The translations under genes were made by a program, and so were the position numbers. The notes beneath the pieces were generated by a model. The model saw only the letters and a program-made list of their open reading frames with translations. It was not told the origin of the DNA and did no database searches. 35,125 nt of DNA from Catajapyx aquilonaris (taxonomy: Eukaryota), in NCBI GenBank assembly GCA_000934665.2, contig KZ539047.1, positions 1 to 35,125 on the forward strand, written 5' to 3'. Below, piece after piece: positions 1-11,934 of the stretch; within the stretch, counting starts at the first letter, position 1, and each line of letters starts with the position of its first letter.

Positions 1-74
1 ACGCTGTTCGTCTTTCCAGAAACCATGAAGAAAATTTGCACTCAGCCAACTTGACATGTCCACATCATCTTGTA

Positions 75-215
75 CAGTGGTGGGAATTAATGTATATACG
101 CAATAATTGTCGCCTCCTGGCAGAATTTTCACTCTACATAAAGCAGCTCCATGTAGAGGGAAAACTCTGCCTGGGGGCGACACTCTTGTGGATATTCATT
201 TAATTCCCACCACTG
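75..215. mobile_element. Hairpin (foldback) MITE, Tc1/mariner-type CAGT ends; copy 1
   Basis: Perfect 16-bp TIR CAGTGGTGGGAATTAA/TTAATTCCCACCACTG. Imperfect complementarity extends about 65 bp to an 11-nt loop. TA on the left; right flank is ATA. Confidence 0.8.
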
Positions 216-2258
216 ATACTCTTGATCCGTCATTATTATTACTTACAAGAATTTAAAAATCCATTTCACTGCCTTATCCCCCAAGCTTTGGATCACAAGC
301 ACCTTGCAAAAAATAGCAGCAGCTTATTTTTAGTACTAATCCAGTATGAAAAGTTGAGCAAACGTACACAACAGAAACAAGAGGAAGGGCTGCTGCTGCC
401 TTTTCTTTTTTTTTCATGTTACCAGTGTTTTTTTTTCTTTTTCTTTTTTCTTCTTCATCCAGCCCCTGCTCCTCCCAGGGGCAAGGAAGGATTCTTTTTT
501 TATATACTTTTTTGGCTTTTTTTCACCTTCCCACCATTTTTTCCCAATATTTTACCCACCTTTCAAGCTACCCTTAAAATATGCGTTTCAATCTGTGTGT
601 AACCCTACACAAAGAAGCTGTAATTCAGGGAAACACTCATGTGGAGCAAAGACTCAGATGACACTCCATACTTTTATTTTTCAACGTGACAAACAACATA
701 CTGGCAGCACTTTTTTTTTCAACCACAGGCGTCATTTACATTCATGCTGTATATAACTGGATTTCGATAATGGGGGGATGAAGAAATTATAATTTAAAAA
801 TCAAATGTAAAAATGGGGAAGCGAAACAAGTTCAGATCTGTCAAGTTAAGGCAAGAGAAAAAAAATAAAAAATACTAGGACTGCAACCACAAACTTGTAC
901 AGATAAGCATCTATTCAATCTCAATATACTTGAATCGTACATTAGCTGCACCCAAAAAAAATTGTCATAGTTGCCATTTCAACTACTTATAAGATCATCT
1001 CCATTATTATTATTTTATTATTATTACTCTTTTTTTTTGAGGAGTTACAATGTTAGACACTGTTGTTCTCCTCAGACTACAATAAATACTGTATATGAAA
1101 CAACTTCCCAAGTGTAGTCTACTACAGATATTTTTTAGTCAGGAAATCCTAAAGTATGTACAAGTCAGCGTTCTTTAAGGCATATAAAAATGGTCATTAT
1201 CGCGAACCTTTCTCCCAGTTATCACAAATTTAATTGCAAGCACACACATTCACTTTCTATCTCGCACGCTCTTTTCTCGTTCGCTCACTCTCTCGCTCCC
1301 TCTCAAATCCCAATTAGCAACATATTTAGACAATATTGAATCCTTCCTTGGCCCTGCTGCACACATCCCCTACCCACAACACACACACTTTTCCCTCCCC
1401 ACAACCAATCCAAAAAAGAATGGGAATAGGGGAAGAAAAAAAGAGACAGGGGTCCCAAAACAACATTGCATTTCAATGTTTTCTTCCTTTTTGTCCTTCA
1501 TTTGAATTGACTAGTTCCATTTCCACTTTCCAGATTGTTCATATATAGCCCGTGTTTCTGAGATAGTCGAAACATCTCGCACCTAAATTTCACAACTGCA
1601 ATGCAATTTTGCATTGCTTTAAACACAGCAAAAGTATAAGTAAACAAATGCAAAAACTATCCCATGCGCTATAATAATTACAAGGTAAGTCGGGGTAAAT
1701 ACCTCTAAGAATATTTACAGCTGTACATTACTTACAAAAAGCCTACAATTGCAATCTCCTGCAGTATTCTTTTAACTCAATAACCAATGTATCACTGGTT
1801 CCACAATAGCAAAGAAAGAAAAAAAACCAACTTATAATCTGTGACGTGGTGGGCAGGGGATGCCTCCCCAAACTATAACCAACTGATAGTTGCATGAACG
1901 GTATTCATGGCAGTGTGCGAGAGATAACCAGGGTAGACGCCTCTCATCCAATCAGTGAGTTGGGACCCCTGGGAGGATAATAAAAAAGCGCAGAGTCAAA
2001 CCCAACTTCAAATCAGCCAAATATATGGGGAGTTGGAAAAATGGGAGTGTAAACAGTGTGATGATTTTAATAAAACCAAAATGAACTTGTCAAAATCAAA
2101 ACTAAATCAGGTTTCTAAAAACCAAGAGCAGCAGGCAGCAGCAGCAGTACAGAAAATAGCTAATAGATTCAGGTTTAGGCAAAAAAAAAGAGGAGATGCA
2201 CTCCCTCATGAATCTGAGAAGAAAACAAAGTCTATTGACCCATAAAATTTGTTTTCTT

Positions 2259-5200
2259 TTAAGGAGGTGAGAGTGCCATGAGAAGTGAAGAGAGAGCTGC
2301 TTGGGAACCTGGAGGTGGGGCAGAAGCCATCTGGGCTAGATGGTGGTGATGGTGTTGTTGGTGGTGGGGATGGTGGTGTTGCTGTTGTTGTTGCTGTTGG
2401 TGGTGGTGGTGGGGTTGTGGTTGCTGGTGGTGGTGGTGATGGTGGGCGGACATGGGAGGGGGTCCAATGGACGAGTTGTTCTGCTGGTGTGTGTGGTGGT
2501 GGGAAGGGTGGTGAGAGGAAGGGTGGATATGGGATTGTTGCGATGAGGAAGAGGAAGAGTTCTGCGGAGCAGGCACCACCCACCTGGGCCGGCGCACCGG
2601 TCTGTATCCATAGTAGGCGAATGCCCTCCCCCGGAACCTCCCAGAGCTGCCTCCTCGGCCTCGAGGGGGACGGTCCGTCTTGCACAGGCCAGGACGGTTT
2701 GTGCGTTTAGGCATCACCTGTACATTTACAAAGTAGGAAAACATCTACTTTATTCATATGACCATCTTATGCTATGCAAAATTTTCAAACAGGAGAATGT
2801 GTTCAAACCCAGAAGAGCATCATCACACCCTCATCCATCACTCGTTAAATTGTAGCATCTTACACTGCTATTTCAATTTAATAAAGTGTAACTTCAACCC
2901 TTCAGCAGTAAAAGGGGTCAAAGTCACATGCTGATGTAAAAGTTAGGAGTGGCAATAGTTGTTCATATGCAGTTTAAAACACACATTTCACACACTATCT
3001 TAACTGAATGCCACATACTCATGACAACCCAATGCATTAACTTCTGGCAACAAAAGGCTTTCGGCACAGGGAATCACGATCATGGCATTACAACTCAAGT
3101 CTCTTTCAGAGCATTGTGTCATCCTCAGTTATGGTTCTGGCTTGTCCGGTGGAATGACATTCCAATAAGGCAGTGGATGGGATCCCCTTTTAAAGCTGGA
3201 CATCCTACAGCAATGTGTGTGCAATGATAACACACTTTAGCCATTCCCGAGTTGGAATATTCATATAAATATTTCCCCGATGTTAAAATTCTGTCATGGT
3301 GACTGGTATGCTACAGTGGTACTTGAAAGCAATGGCTCTCCCAAAAAAGGGAATTTAACCCTATGTTTTCCGTGAAATTGCTGTGGTATTATAATACCAC
3401 AATGCAAAATATTTTTTTTAAATTCATTGGCATGAGGTCGATGGAAATTTCTTTCACCATAGACTCAGGACATACTTGTAGTTTATATGTTCAAGAGCAT
3501 TTTCGTCTACCCGTGATAGTTTTTTAATGGCACGACGTCATAGGTCACTGACGGTCACCGAATTCGTACCTCGTAAACGAACACTTAATACCGGAATATA
3601 TATACCCAAAGCTCCCTGCCACATTTTTTCCCGGTAAGTAGACCGTCCGAGGAAACCAATAAAAATTGTCACGAAATTGTGTAACTTACTTTTCGCGAAG
3701 AAAAAAATTCGCAAACATCAGAGTCCATCATGCGACCACATTTCGTCTGACTCGCGCAGCTCCCTCTAGGGTTGGTGACGTCACGCGCGCGGTGTTGCCG
3801 TAATGCCGGCGCGGCTTTCAAATTACACCGCGCTCACTTTTGACATTCGGTTCGACTGATGATATTTTAAACTACACACCAATGTTTTATGTTTCATTAA
3901 ATGATGTTAATTTATCTATCACTATTTTTATATAAATTTATGTATTATTATTTTCATATGAATTTATGTATTACTATTTTTTTATAAATTTATTTATTAC
4001 AATTTATACATTAATTATTAATTATTTACGTATTGTTTATTTATTGTTATAACTTTTTTTAAAAAAAATCATTGCAATCTTTACGTGGAAGTACATTTCG
4101 CAATGGGACACTGACAGCACTACAAATGTGGCAACGCCGCAAACCACCCCACCGCTCACTTATGTCACCTATTCCCAGCCCCACGGGCCATTTATGCGCT
4201 TTTTGATGCGGCCATTCTCTCCCCACCCGTTGGGAGGAAGCCGCCAGTGGGCCCCTTACTTCCCTAATTATCCAGAAAGACGGCCACTGCCCGGAAATAT
4301 GCCAAGTGCATCTCAATTATCTCAACTGCGACCGCCATCTTGGTACTCTCAGTTGGTAATTGTTGGCTTGCTCCTGATTGGCCCGCCTGGACTGCTCCAT
4401 GCGCGTGAACCTGAACTCGTCGGCTTCATACGTCAGACCGCGTGACCGCCTTCTCCGATTTTAATCGTGCATTTAAATGTTTTAACACGGCATTAGAGGC
4501 AAAACTTTGCGCCATAATTATGTAAACCGGTGGGGCAATTATGGAGAATTATCTTGGATTTTTTCGAACTCGAGTTCGGCTAAAAAACAAAAAACAAACA
4601 GTGACGTCATACAAAGAGTCTCTTGGTTACCATCGTTACTTTGAGCTGTGGCCTCAATCTCCTGGCAGATGACGCAACTCTCTGCGGTTCATGAGGAACT
4701 CCTTGCCCAGGAGGTTAGAATAAGCACTAAATCGTAGCCGCTAAGCTTATTTCCTTCACGATATCGGCGGTAGTTTGAACCCCCTCCCAATGACGTAAAA
4801 TGGAACGGTAAACATAGGGTTAAACAAGAATATACAGTACATGTGAACAGCAAGTTTCTGATAATCAGCTGCTGAGACCAATGCACAACTAAAGAAATTT
4901 GAAACCAACAATGAAAGGTCAGATTAATCATGCAAAGATACACTGCTTCAATCCCACATTAACTAAATCATTATACAATCATCGCATCAAACTTAAGATT
5001 TGTAAAGCTGACCTTGATCTGCCTTCCCCTAAAGAGAGACTCATCAAGCGCCATGGCCGTCTGGACTGACTCCTTGTCAGCAAACTCAATATACGCAAAT
5101 CCCTTTGGATGTCCATCATACTTGTTGCACAGGATTGTCACACGATTGATTGAGCCGCACCCATGAAAGTGTTGCTCAAGCTCTTCTGCCGTTGCTCCAT

Positions 5201-8200
5201 AATCAACCTTCAGGGCAAACGTTATATTACGATGAGTTTAGTCACAAAAATTGCTATGTAGAGCTCCTACTTCAAATCAATTACATTACAAGCCACTTAC
5301 ATTGCCTACATAGATGGATCGTGCATCTACTTCCATTTTTTCCTCCAGGCTCATGTTCAACGGGCTTGCTAAAAGTAAGAAATTAAACACACACATGAGA
5401 AAATCATCTGATGATTATTTCAGTTAACAACTTAAAATGCTGATGTCAACTTACTGACTCCAGGTGGGCTTCCCATATTCATCTGGCGGTCTACTTCAGT
5501 CTGAAGCTGTTTCAGTTTCTCTGCTTCCTCCTCCATTTCTCTCACTCTTGCCTTTATTGCCTCCAGTTCCTATAACAACAGGATCACTGAGTATCATCAT
5601 CATCAGATACCACATGATGGGACAGAAAACTTTCCGGGAATCTTCATTTAGTTTCCTGACTTTATTATGTATTACCATAAAACTTATGGATTTTAAAATT
5701 GATGTAGTGTAGGGCCTATACTCTAAAACTTCAAAGAAGACTTCCACAAACAAGGACAGAATGCATTAAACCCAAATCAGAAAATCTGACAGCCCAATCT
5801 GTGGAATGAACTCAGGACCCATGATAACTACATATTATGACTAACATGCTCAACTTCACCACTCCCATACACTGTCATAACTTAATCCAAAGGTGATATG
5901 GCTTGTGAACAAACCACAAACTGCAACCATATTACATGTATAAGCAAATATACATGTCATACTGGACAATAATACTGGGCATTATTAACGAGCTTGTGTG
6001 CCATTTCATGAGTATCTGGCCAAAAAATAGTGACTTTTAAAATGTCCAAAACTCCAGGTGTTTCACTGTACATACAAAAATAGTGTTGAGGGAGGACTGG
6101 TAGGTGCATACTGATAAAAGTCAAATGACTTCATAGTTGGCATTTGTGCATTCTCTCAGCTAAGTTACGTAGCAGAACCACTCGCCAAACGCATGGAATT
6201 GTATGAAACAACGTCTTGGAATTGATCTGGGGATTTTTCTATTCCAGTGGGTCACTGAAGTAAGCCATTTCCCAAGATAATCATTGAAGCCCACTAAGGC
6301 TGATACATGTTATCCTAATATACTGTGAAGATATTCAGATCATTCAAATGACTACGACATGAACGCATGGTGGCTGACATTCTCTGTTGCACTATTTCAG
6401 GCCATGTCATTGGTGACAGCATGAAACTTGGTGGGGACTACAGAATTACAAGGAACTACAGGCATCTTCCTCATCTGTAGAACCACACAATTTTCAGTTC
6501 AAGCTACACTTCCCACTTTTAACATCCTTCATACTCTGCTTATGCAAGGGGTAAAGCTGCCAAAGTTGAGCGCCCCAAGCGTGACAATTGTGTGAAATTG
6601 ACAAATGTCTCTTTGGAGCCTGGTTAGAGATCCAACATGGCAAGGTAGCATTCACAGCTGCAATAGTGCATAATTTTGGTGACTGACATGGCCACGCATG
6701 GGTGGGAGAAAAGTACCGCCACAGTAGAGGGTGAGAAAAAAACAGACAGTGATTAGTCAGATCGTAAAATCCTGCACAGTCTCTTCCCCTGGGCACAACT
6801 ATATTGGAAACTGATGAATGAGAGAGGGAGGGGATAAATCACCCATGATATGCAACATGGTGCACCCACAGAAGAGATTATTGCTTTTTACCACTCCATC
6901 AGACACTATTTGCTTTTCTTTCCCTACCCTGTGTCAGGGTCTTCTCTCCCACTTGTGTGAGGCCATCTCAGCCATCAACAATACAATCCTGATACCTATG
7001 GTAGCATGCAAGAATGCTGCACAGTCCATGTTGGAATGGCTGGGACAACCCTGAAAACCTTCTGAGAAAGTCCATGTTGGAACTCAAACATGGCTCCAGA
7101 ATGACATCAACTTCACATGACTGCCCCTCTTCTAGACTATCAACTTTTACAGCATTACACTTGGGTCATTACTGCAATAGTGTATTTGCATAAACCTTGC
7201 ACAAGCTGGGTGAAATGGGTACATATTTTCCATTCCAGATTTACTCCCACTTTGGCGAAATGTTCCCACACAGGCCCTGGCTATGCGCACCTGAAAGTCT
7301 CTAGGATGGGAAGACCCACCTCTCTCNNNNNNNNNNNNNNNNCCCCCCCCCCCCCCACAACATCAACTCTGTCACCTGCCACCTTCCAGCAGGTTGAACC
7401 TGATTGCCATGTAATCCTTCCCCTTTCAGCCACACGTTGTCAACCTCCCAACTCCTCCAACTGACTGAATTACAGTTGAATGCGGATATAACAAACTTCA
7501 AGGACCCACGGGAATAAGTCTGTTATAGCCATGGTGTGTTATAGACAAATGGCCAATTTTTCAATGAATACACAAAGTTTTCTACTGTTCATAAGCCTAA
7601 CTGGGTACAATGCACACTACTACAACATACTGATTAATAAAATCCATCAAAAATGCTATAATAGCTCACTCGAAAATTAGGCCGGATGCAAAAAAAACAA
7701 CAGTAATTTTCTTCTGCCATCACCTTTTGCCAAATATACACCAGAACACAATTGGCAAATCACATGAGCGTGATTAGAAGACTTTTCTCATTTTTTCAAT
7801 TAGACTTGTGCTGATAGTGTGAACCCAGAAAACCGGAAGTGGTGGGTCACCGGAAGTTTGCCATGTCACCTATTTAGGCGGTTGAGGCCCTAATACCTGT
7901 CCACACATGGACAGACAGCTGTTCTAAGACTTTTTTCGATGATGAGAAAGTCAAAAATATATATATTTCCTTCACGGAGACAAGAAATGGTCTGTTACAG
8001 CCGAGGTAAGGTGAAAAGGAGTGTTAAATCCGGTGTAAAAATACACAGGGCCTTATCATGGAAGTTTGCCAGGACCAGCCCTTCGAGTCTGTTATATCCA
8101 GATTCAACTGTACTGGGGTCACTCGAGGTGCCACAGTGGCCCAGAGCTCCACCCATGAAATCTAAGTTCTCACAGAAAGTGACAGAAACCATGTCTGTCA

Positions 8201-8889
8201 AAAAATATTGCTATAGAAGTGTGTTCCAAAGCTTGCAAGAAAGCCAGCTTTGAAATTAATTCAAGACTTTTTGGTGTGAGCAAAGAGTCGCCTCACAAAT
8301 GAGATGAGACATCTTGCTTCTGCAGCAACCAATTCTCACAAACATGGGACCACACCAACTTCAATGGATATGCAGCAATGGCAAGGCAGAAGAAAACTTA
8401 AAACAGATACAGTGGTGGAAATTAATGGGCATTCACAAGTATCGCTGCCTGGTGGAGCTTTTCCTTTACATGAAGCTGCTTCGAATAAAGGAGAAGCTCC
8501 CCCAGGCAGCAATACTTGTGGATGTCCATTTATTTCAACCATTGTACAGGCAACTAAATATTATTATTAGTGACTCCATTGGGATTAGATTAGACAGTCA
8601 CGTGACAGGTTACAGCTCCTCATGGTACTATCCTTCAGCAATACAGGAACCAATCACGTCCACCTGCATTTTCTGACAGGCAGAACCGCGCACCGTCAAG
8701 AGTCACCAATAAACGATAGCCTGAAATGAGCAGGCGGATACTAACTGGATCGTCCATGGTCTGGTCCCCATCCCCAGTGGCCTCCACGCCCTCCTCCACC
8801 CCGTCGTCTCCTCCGCCGTTCTCCAGTCCTTCCAGTCCCTCAAGCGGGTCCTCAGAGGCCAGTCCACTCAGCTCCTCCGTCTCAGCCAT
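2259..8889 (-). CDS. PABPN1: Nuclear poly(A)-binding protein (PABPN1/Pabp2). Exons 8889-8746, 5569-5455, 5368-5301, 5207-5013, 2717-2584; the last either splices to a terminal exon I could not locate or reads through to the stop at 2259 (326 aa).
   Basis: Spliced translation gives an acidic N-terminus, coiled coil [28 protein letters not shown] with RNP2 (SIYVGNVDYG) and RNP1 (KGFAYIEF), then [10 protein letters not shown] and an RG-rich region. All introns are GT-AG and phase-consistent. The 3' end is uncertain. Confidence 0.95.
2336..2512 (-). repeat. CAC/CAA/CAG trinucleotide-rich low-complexity tract (poly-His/Gln in the PABPN1 frame)
   Basis: GGT/TGT/TGC repeats on the + strand, which also cause the stacked overlapping ORFs in the track. 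Confidence 0.85.
3359..4819. mobile_element. Non-autonomous piggyBac-like element in PABPN1 intron 4
   Basis: TTAA at 3355-3358 and 4820-4823. TIR CCCTATGTTTTCCGT / ACGGTAAACATAGGG matches 14 of 15. Subterminal perfect palindrome TGTGGTATTATAATACCACA at 3382-3401. Interior is CpG-rich; no transposase ORF recognised. Confidence 0.8.
3909..4005. repeat. AT-rich ~26-bp tandem repeat (about 3.7 copies) inside the piggyBac-like element
   Basis: Units resembling AATTTATGTATTACTATTTTTATATA start at 3909, 3935, 3961 and 3987. Confidence 0.7.
7327..7341. other. Assembly gap (N run) next to a C homopolymer
   Basis: 15 N bases. Confidence 0.99.
7473..8110. mobile_element. pogo/Tigger-like non-autonomous element in PABPN1 intron 1
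   Basis: TA|CAGTTGAATGCGGATATAACA ... TGTTATATCCAGATTCAACTG|TA. Internal repeats of the TIR core (CTGTTAYAGCC) near 7520 and 7992. Confidence 0.8.
8410..8544. mobile_element. Hairpin MITE, copy 2 (same family as 75-215), in PABPN1 intron 1
   Basis: TA|CAGTGGTGGAAATTAATGG ... CCATTTATTTCAACCATTG|TA. Self-complementary along its length and similar to 75-215. Confidence 0.8.
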
Positions 8890-9632
8890 CGCCTTCACAC
8901 ACACACACACAAAAAAGAAGCAGCAATAAACCACCCACTTCCAACACAAACCAATCATGCAAAAAAATCTATCACAAGAATTTCAGGGTTCAACCACTTC
9001 ATAGAAATTCACAAGAGTTCACATGAAAATTGGGAGGGGGGGAAAAAAAGAATGATTTCCGTGTGTGAGAGAGAGAGAGAGAGATTTACCAGACTCATCG
9101 TGCTAACACGTATCAGGTAGGTCGAATAGTGGTGACCCGGTTGGGCTAGCCCCGAATTTAGGGTCCGGATCGACCGGATGATCGGACCAGGAGCCGGATC
9201 GGATCGGATTCGGCTTAAATGACCATACAACTGGCGAGGGCTACCGGCAAAATGTTCTCCGCTAAGCGAGAGGAGAGAGGACCCCCCTTTTTGCCCTTCC
9301 TTTTTTTTCTATCCGGAGGGAGGGGGGAGGGCGCCTCAGCGCAGCCGGAAGTCGATGCGGAAAATTAACCGGTACCAACATGTTCTAGATTTAGAGCCGG
9401 GTTAGTTGCACCAAAGACCGCGTTTGGTCTGTAAAGAGATTAATAAATCTCTATGATTTTAAAACTATTGATGGTTCAAGTGAAGTGCAACAACAACAAC
9501 AACAACAACAAAAAAAAGCCGGTTTATGACTTTGTTGAGTGACGTCACAAGATGGCGGCGCCCGTTTTTTAAGGTCGAAGCGTGGTTTTGGCCGTTTTTG
9601 GCTCAGTTTTGTTCCGGATTTAGCGAGTGGAA
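8890..9632. promoter_or_regulatory. Shared divergent promoter and 5' UTR region of PABPN1 and EXOSC7
   Basis: 743 bp between divergent ATGs; CpG-rich. ETS-like CCGGAAGT at 9345-9352, CRE-like TGACGTCA at 9540-9547, directly followed by YY1/Pho-like CAAGATGGCGGC at 9548-9559. Confidence 0.8.
9488..9511. repeat. (CAA)n microsatellite in the divergent promoter; (CA)n near 8896-8911 and (GA)n near 9067-9084 also present
   Basis: Read directly from the sequence. Confidence 0.85.
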
Positions 9633-11934
9633 ATGGCGAATTTGCAGTTGAGTGAATCAGAAAAGACCTTCATATTGCATGGAGTTGCGGTAAGTCTGCT
9701 GATGAAATCATGGCAACAATACCGATTAATACGTATTTAGAGCCCACTGATCATGTAAGATGGTATAAAATGATTACCCGATAACACTCCCAATTTTCCG
9801 TGCTAATTAATGCACGGGTGTTCCCGGATAATCGGAAAACACACGGATAACCCGAAAATGGTCTCCGAAACCGTAAAAATGACATATTCAGAGGACAAGA
9901 TGCTTTAAATAAGGTTTAATAAAAATAATAACATTTATTGTATAGATTTTTAGTGCCTTCTGGGAAAAAGTTTGTTACATTTGTGAGACACATTGGCATT
10001 CTTTTAGACTTCCATTTCTAACGTCTGTTTTTTGGCAATGCGGGGATAATCTGCACCCTGATAATCAGAAGTATGGTGTACTTCTGTTACTAATTTTTAG
10101 CAATTTTTACTTTGCAGGATGGTTTTCGTACAGATGGACGTACCAAGGATGACTACCGCATTGTGGAAGTGGAGACAGATGTGGTGACGCATGCTAATGG
10201 ATCGTCCCACATCCGACTAGCTGGAACCGATGTCCTTGTGGCAGTCAAGTGTGAACTCGATGCGCCTCCTACTTCAAACCCTAACCACGGGCGGCTGGAA
10301 TTTTACGTGGACTGCTCCGCCACTGCAACACCAGAGTTTGAGGGCAGGGGTGGGGAGAAACTGTCCCAGCAATTGTACCAGTGCCTGGCAAGGTCATATC
10401 GCAGTCCTGAAACACTGGATATGTCCTCGCTGTGTGTAATACCAGGGACCCATTGTTGGGCCCTGTTTGTTGATGTGCTAGTGTTGCAGTGTGGGGGAAA
10501 CCTCTTTGACGCAGTGTCCCTTGGAGTGAAGGCAGCATTGGCAGACCTCAGGATTCCCAAGATCACTGTGACTTCCATAGATGGGGGGCAACCTGAGATG
10601 GAGATCTCGGACGACCCTGCTGACTCAAAGAGAGTTGATTTTGAAAAGGCACCCGTGCTCATCACACTCACAAAGGTTTGTGCTTTCATGTGGACTAGGC
10701 CTACAGGTCACTGGATTTTAATGAAATCAGTGTAAAGGTGCGTTTACAGTGCGGAAAACGAAACAAGGATCTGACATCATCATTTTGTTCTCGTGCAACA
10801 ATAGTAGTAAACAATGTTCTTTTTGTTGACAATGTTTACTCATATTGTTGTGTGATGACGACGTCTGATCATCGTGTTGTTTTCCTCACAGTACATGAGA
10901 TGAGCGAAGCAGAGCAAAGTCGTCATTGAGCGAAGTAACCAATATTGTTTGAGGTTAAAGTACAATCGATTTTCACGTCAAACAATACTGGTTACTTGGG
11001 TCACTCAGCGATGTTACCACTTGGCGATGACATTGCTCATCAAATAGGCCACGTGTAAACGCACCTTAAACATTTCATAAAATAATGAATGTTATGCAAA
11101 ATAATTATGTTGATTGTGTTTTATTACTTTCGTTATTGTAGTTTATGGCAATAACTTTTTTCCACCATTCTTGAATTGTAGAAAAGGCAAACTGTTATGT
11201 AAAGGCATATGTTGTGGCACAACTGACCAGTTAACAATTTAGTGACTTCCTGCATGTATGCAAGGTGTTTCTCTGCCCACGCTTTGCTTATGATCAGGGA
11301 GGAATAATTTCTGTGGTTTCAATTACCAATTTATCAAGAAGGGTGTATTTGTCTTCTAATGCTGCATGTGAGACACTTTCATTTCTTTCGCTTCGTGTTC
11401 ATACTTAGGCGTTGAGGCTCGACCAATTTTTTATTGTTGAATTTTTCCTTGTGGTATACAAGTAGGGATGTGTGTGTAGTGAACTCGGGATCAGGAGTGC
11501 AACTTGATGCAGGAACATCTGAAGCTTTTCAATTGATGCAGATGTGATCTACATTAAGAAGTTTGGACAAAAATTCAGAGTTGAGGGACTTTGCTAGACC
11601 AATTTCCCTGCATTTTGAAATTTTCATATTTGGCAATTTAAAATTAATAATTGTAAAATTATACATCATTTAGATCGGCAACCACTGTGTCGTAGACCCA
11701 ACTCCTGAGGAAGAGGCCTGCAGCATGGGAAGCCTGGTCGTTGGTGTGACTAGGGAGGGCCAGGTGACCTCAACCTGTAAGCTTGGCCCAGGAAGCTTCC
11801 ATCCAAAGACACTTCAGTCAGCATTGCAGATGGCATCACAGGTTGGGGTCAAGATGAACCGAGCCTTACTAAAAAAGCTCCAGGAAGAAGAAAGGATGGG
11901 ATCAAAACGTCCTAGATGTGGATACTTATTTTGA
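9633..11934 (+). CDS. EXOSC7: RNA exosome component RRP42 (RNase PH fold). Exons 9633-9689, 10118-10675, 11674-11934; 291 aa.
   Basis: MANLQLSESEKTFILHGVA|DGFRTDGR...GRLEFYVDCSATATPEFEGRGGE...QCGGNLFDAVSLGVKAAL...|IGNHCVVDPTPEEEAC. Both introns are phase 0 and GT-AG. AATAAA at 12038-12043. Confidence 0.96.
9765..10080. mobile_element. Possible degenerate pogo/Tigger-like remnant in EXOSC7 intron 1
   Basis: Repeated CGGATAA/GATAATC motifs at both ends and a terminal GTGTA. TIRs do not pair cleanly and the boundaries are approximate. Confidence 0.3.
10736..11066. mobile_element. PIF/Harbinger (Tourist-like) MITE in EXOSC7 intron 2
   Basis: TAA|AGGTGCGTTTACA ... TGTAAACGCACCT|TAA: perfect 13-bp TIR with a 3-bp TAA TSD. 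Confidence 0.85.

Noticed and set aside
222..602. 126-aa Phe-rich ORF
   Set aside because: Product of T-rich low-complexity sequence, with a non-ATG start and no recognisable domain.
2206..2710. Several stacked ORFs (Pro/Thr-, Gly/Val- and Val/Leu-rich)
   Set aside because: They are alternative frames of a trinucleotide-rich tract; only the PABPN1 frame connects to conserved sequence.
7939..8676. Cluster of 70-120 aa ORFs in PABPN1 intron 1
   Set aside because: They overlap non-coding MITEs and show no transposase or other recognisable motif.
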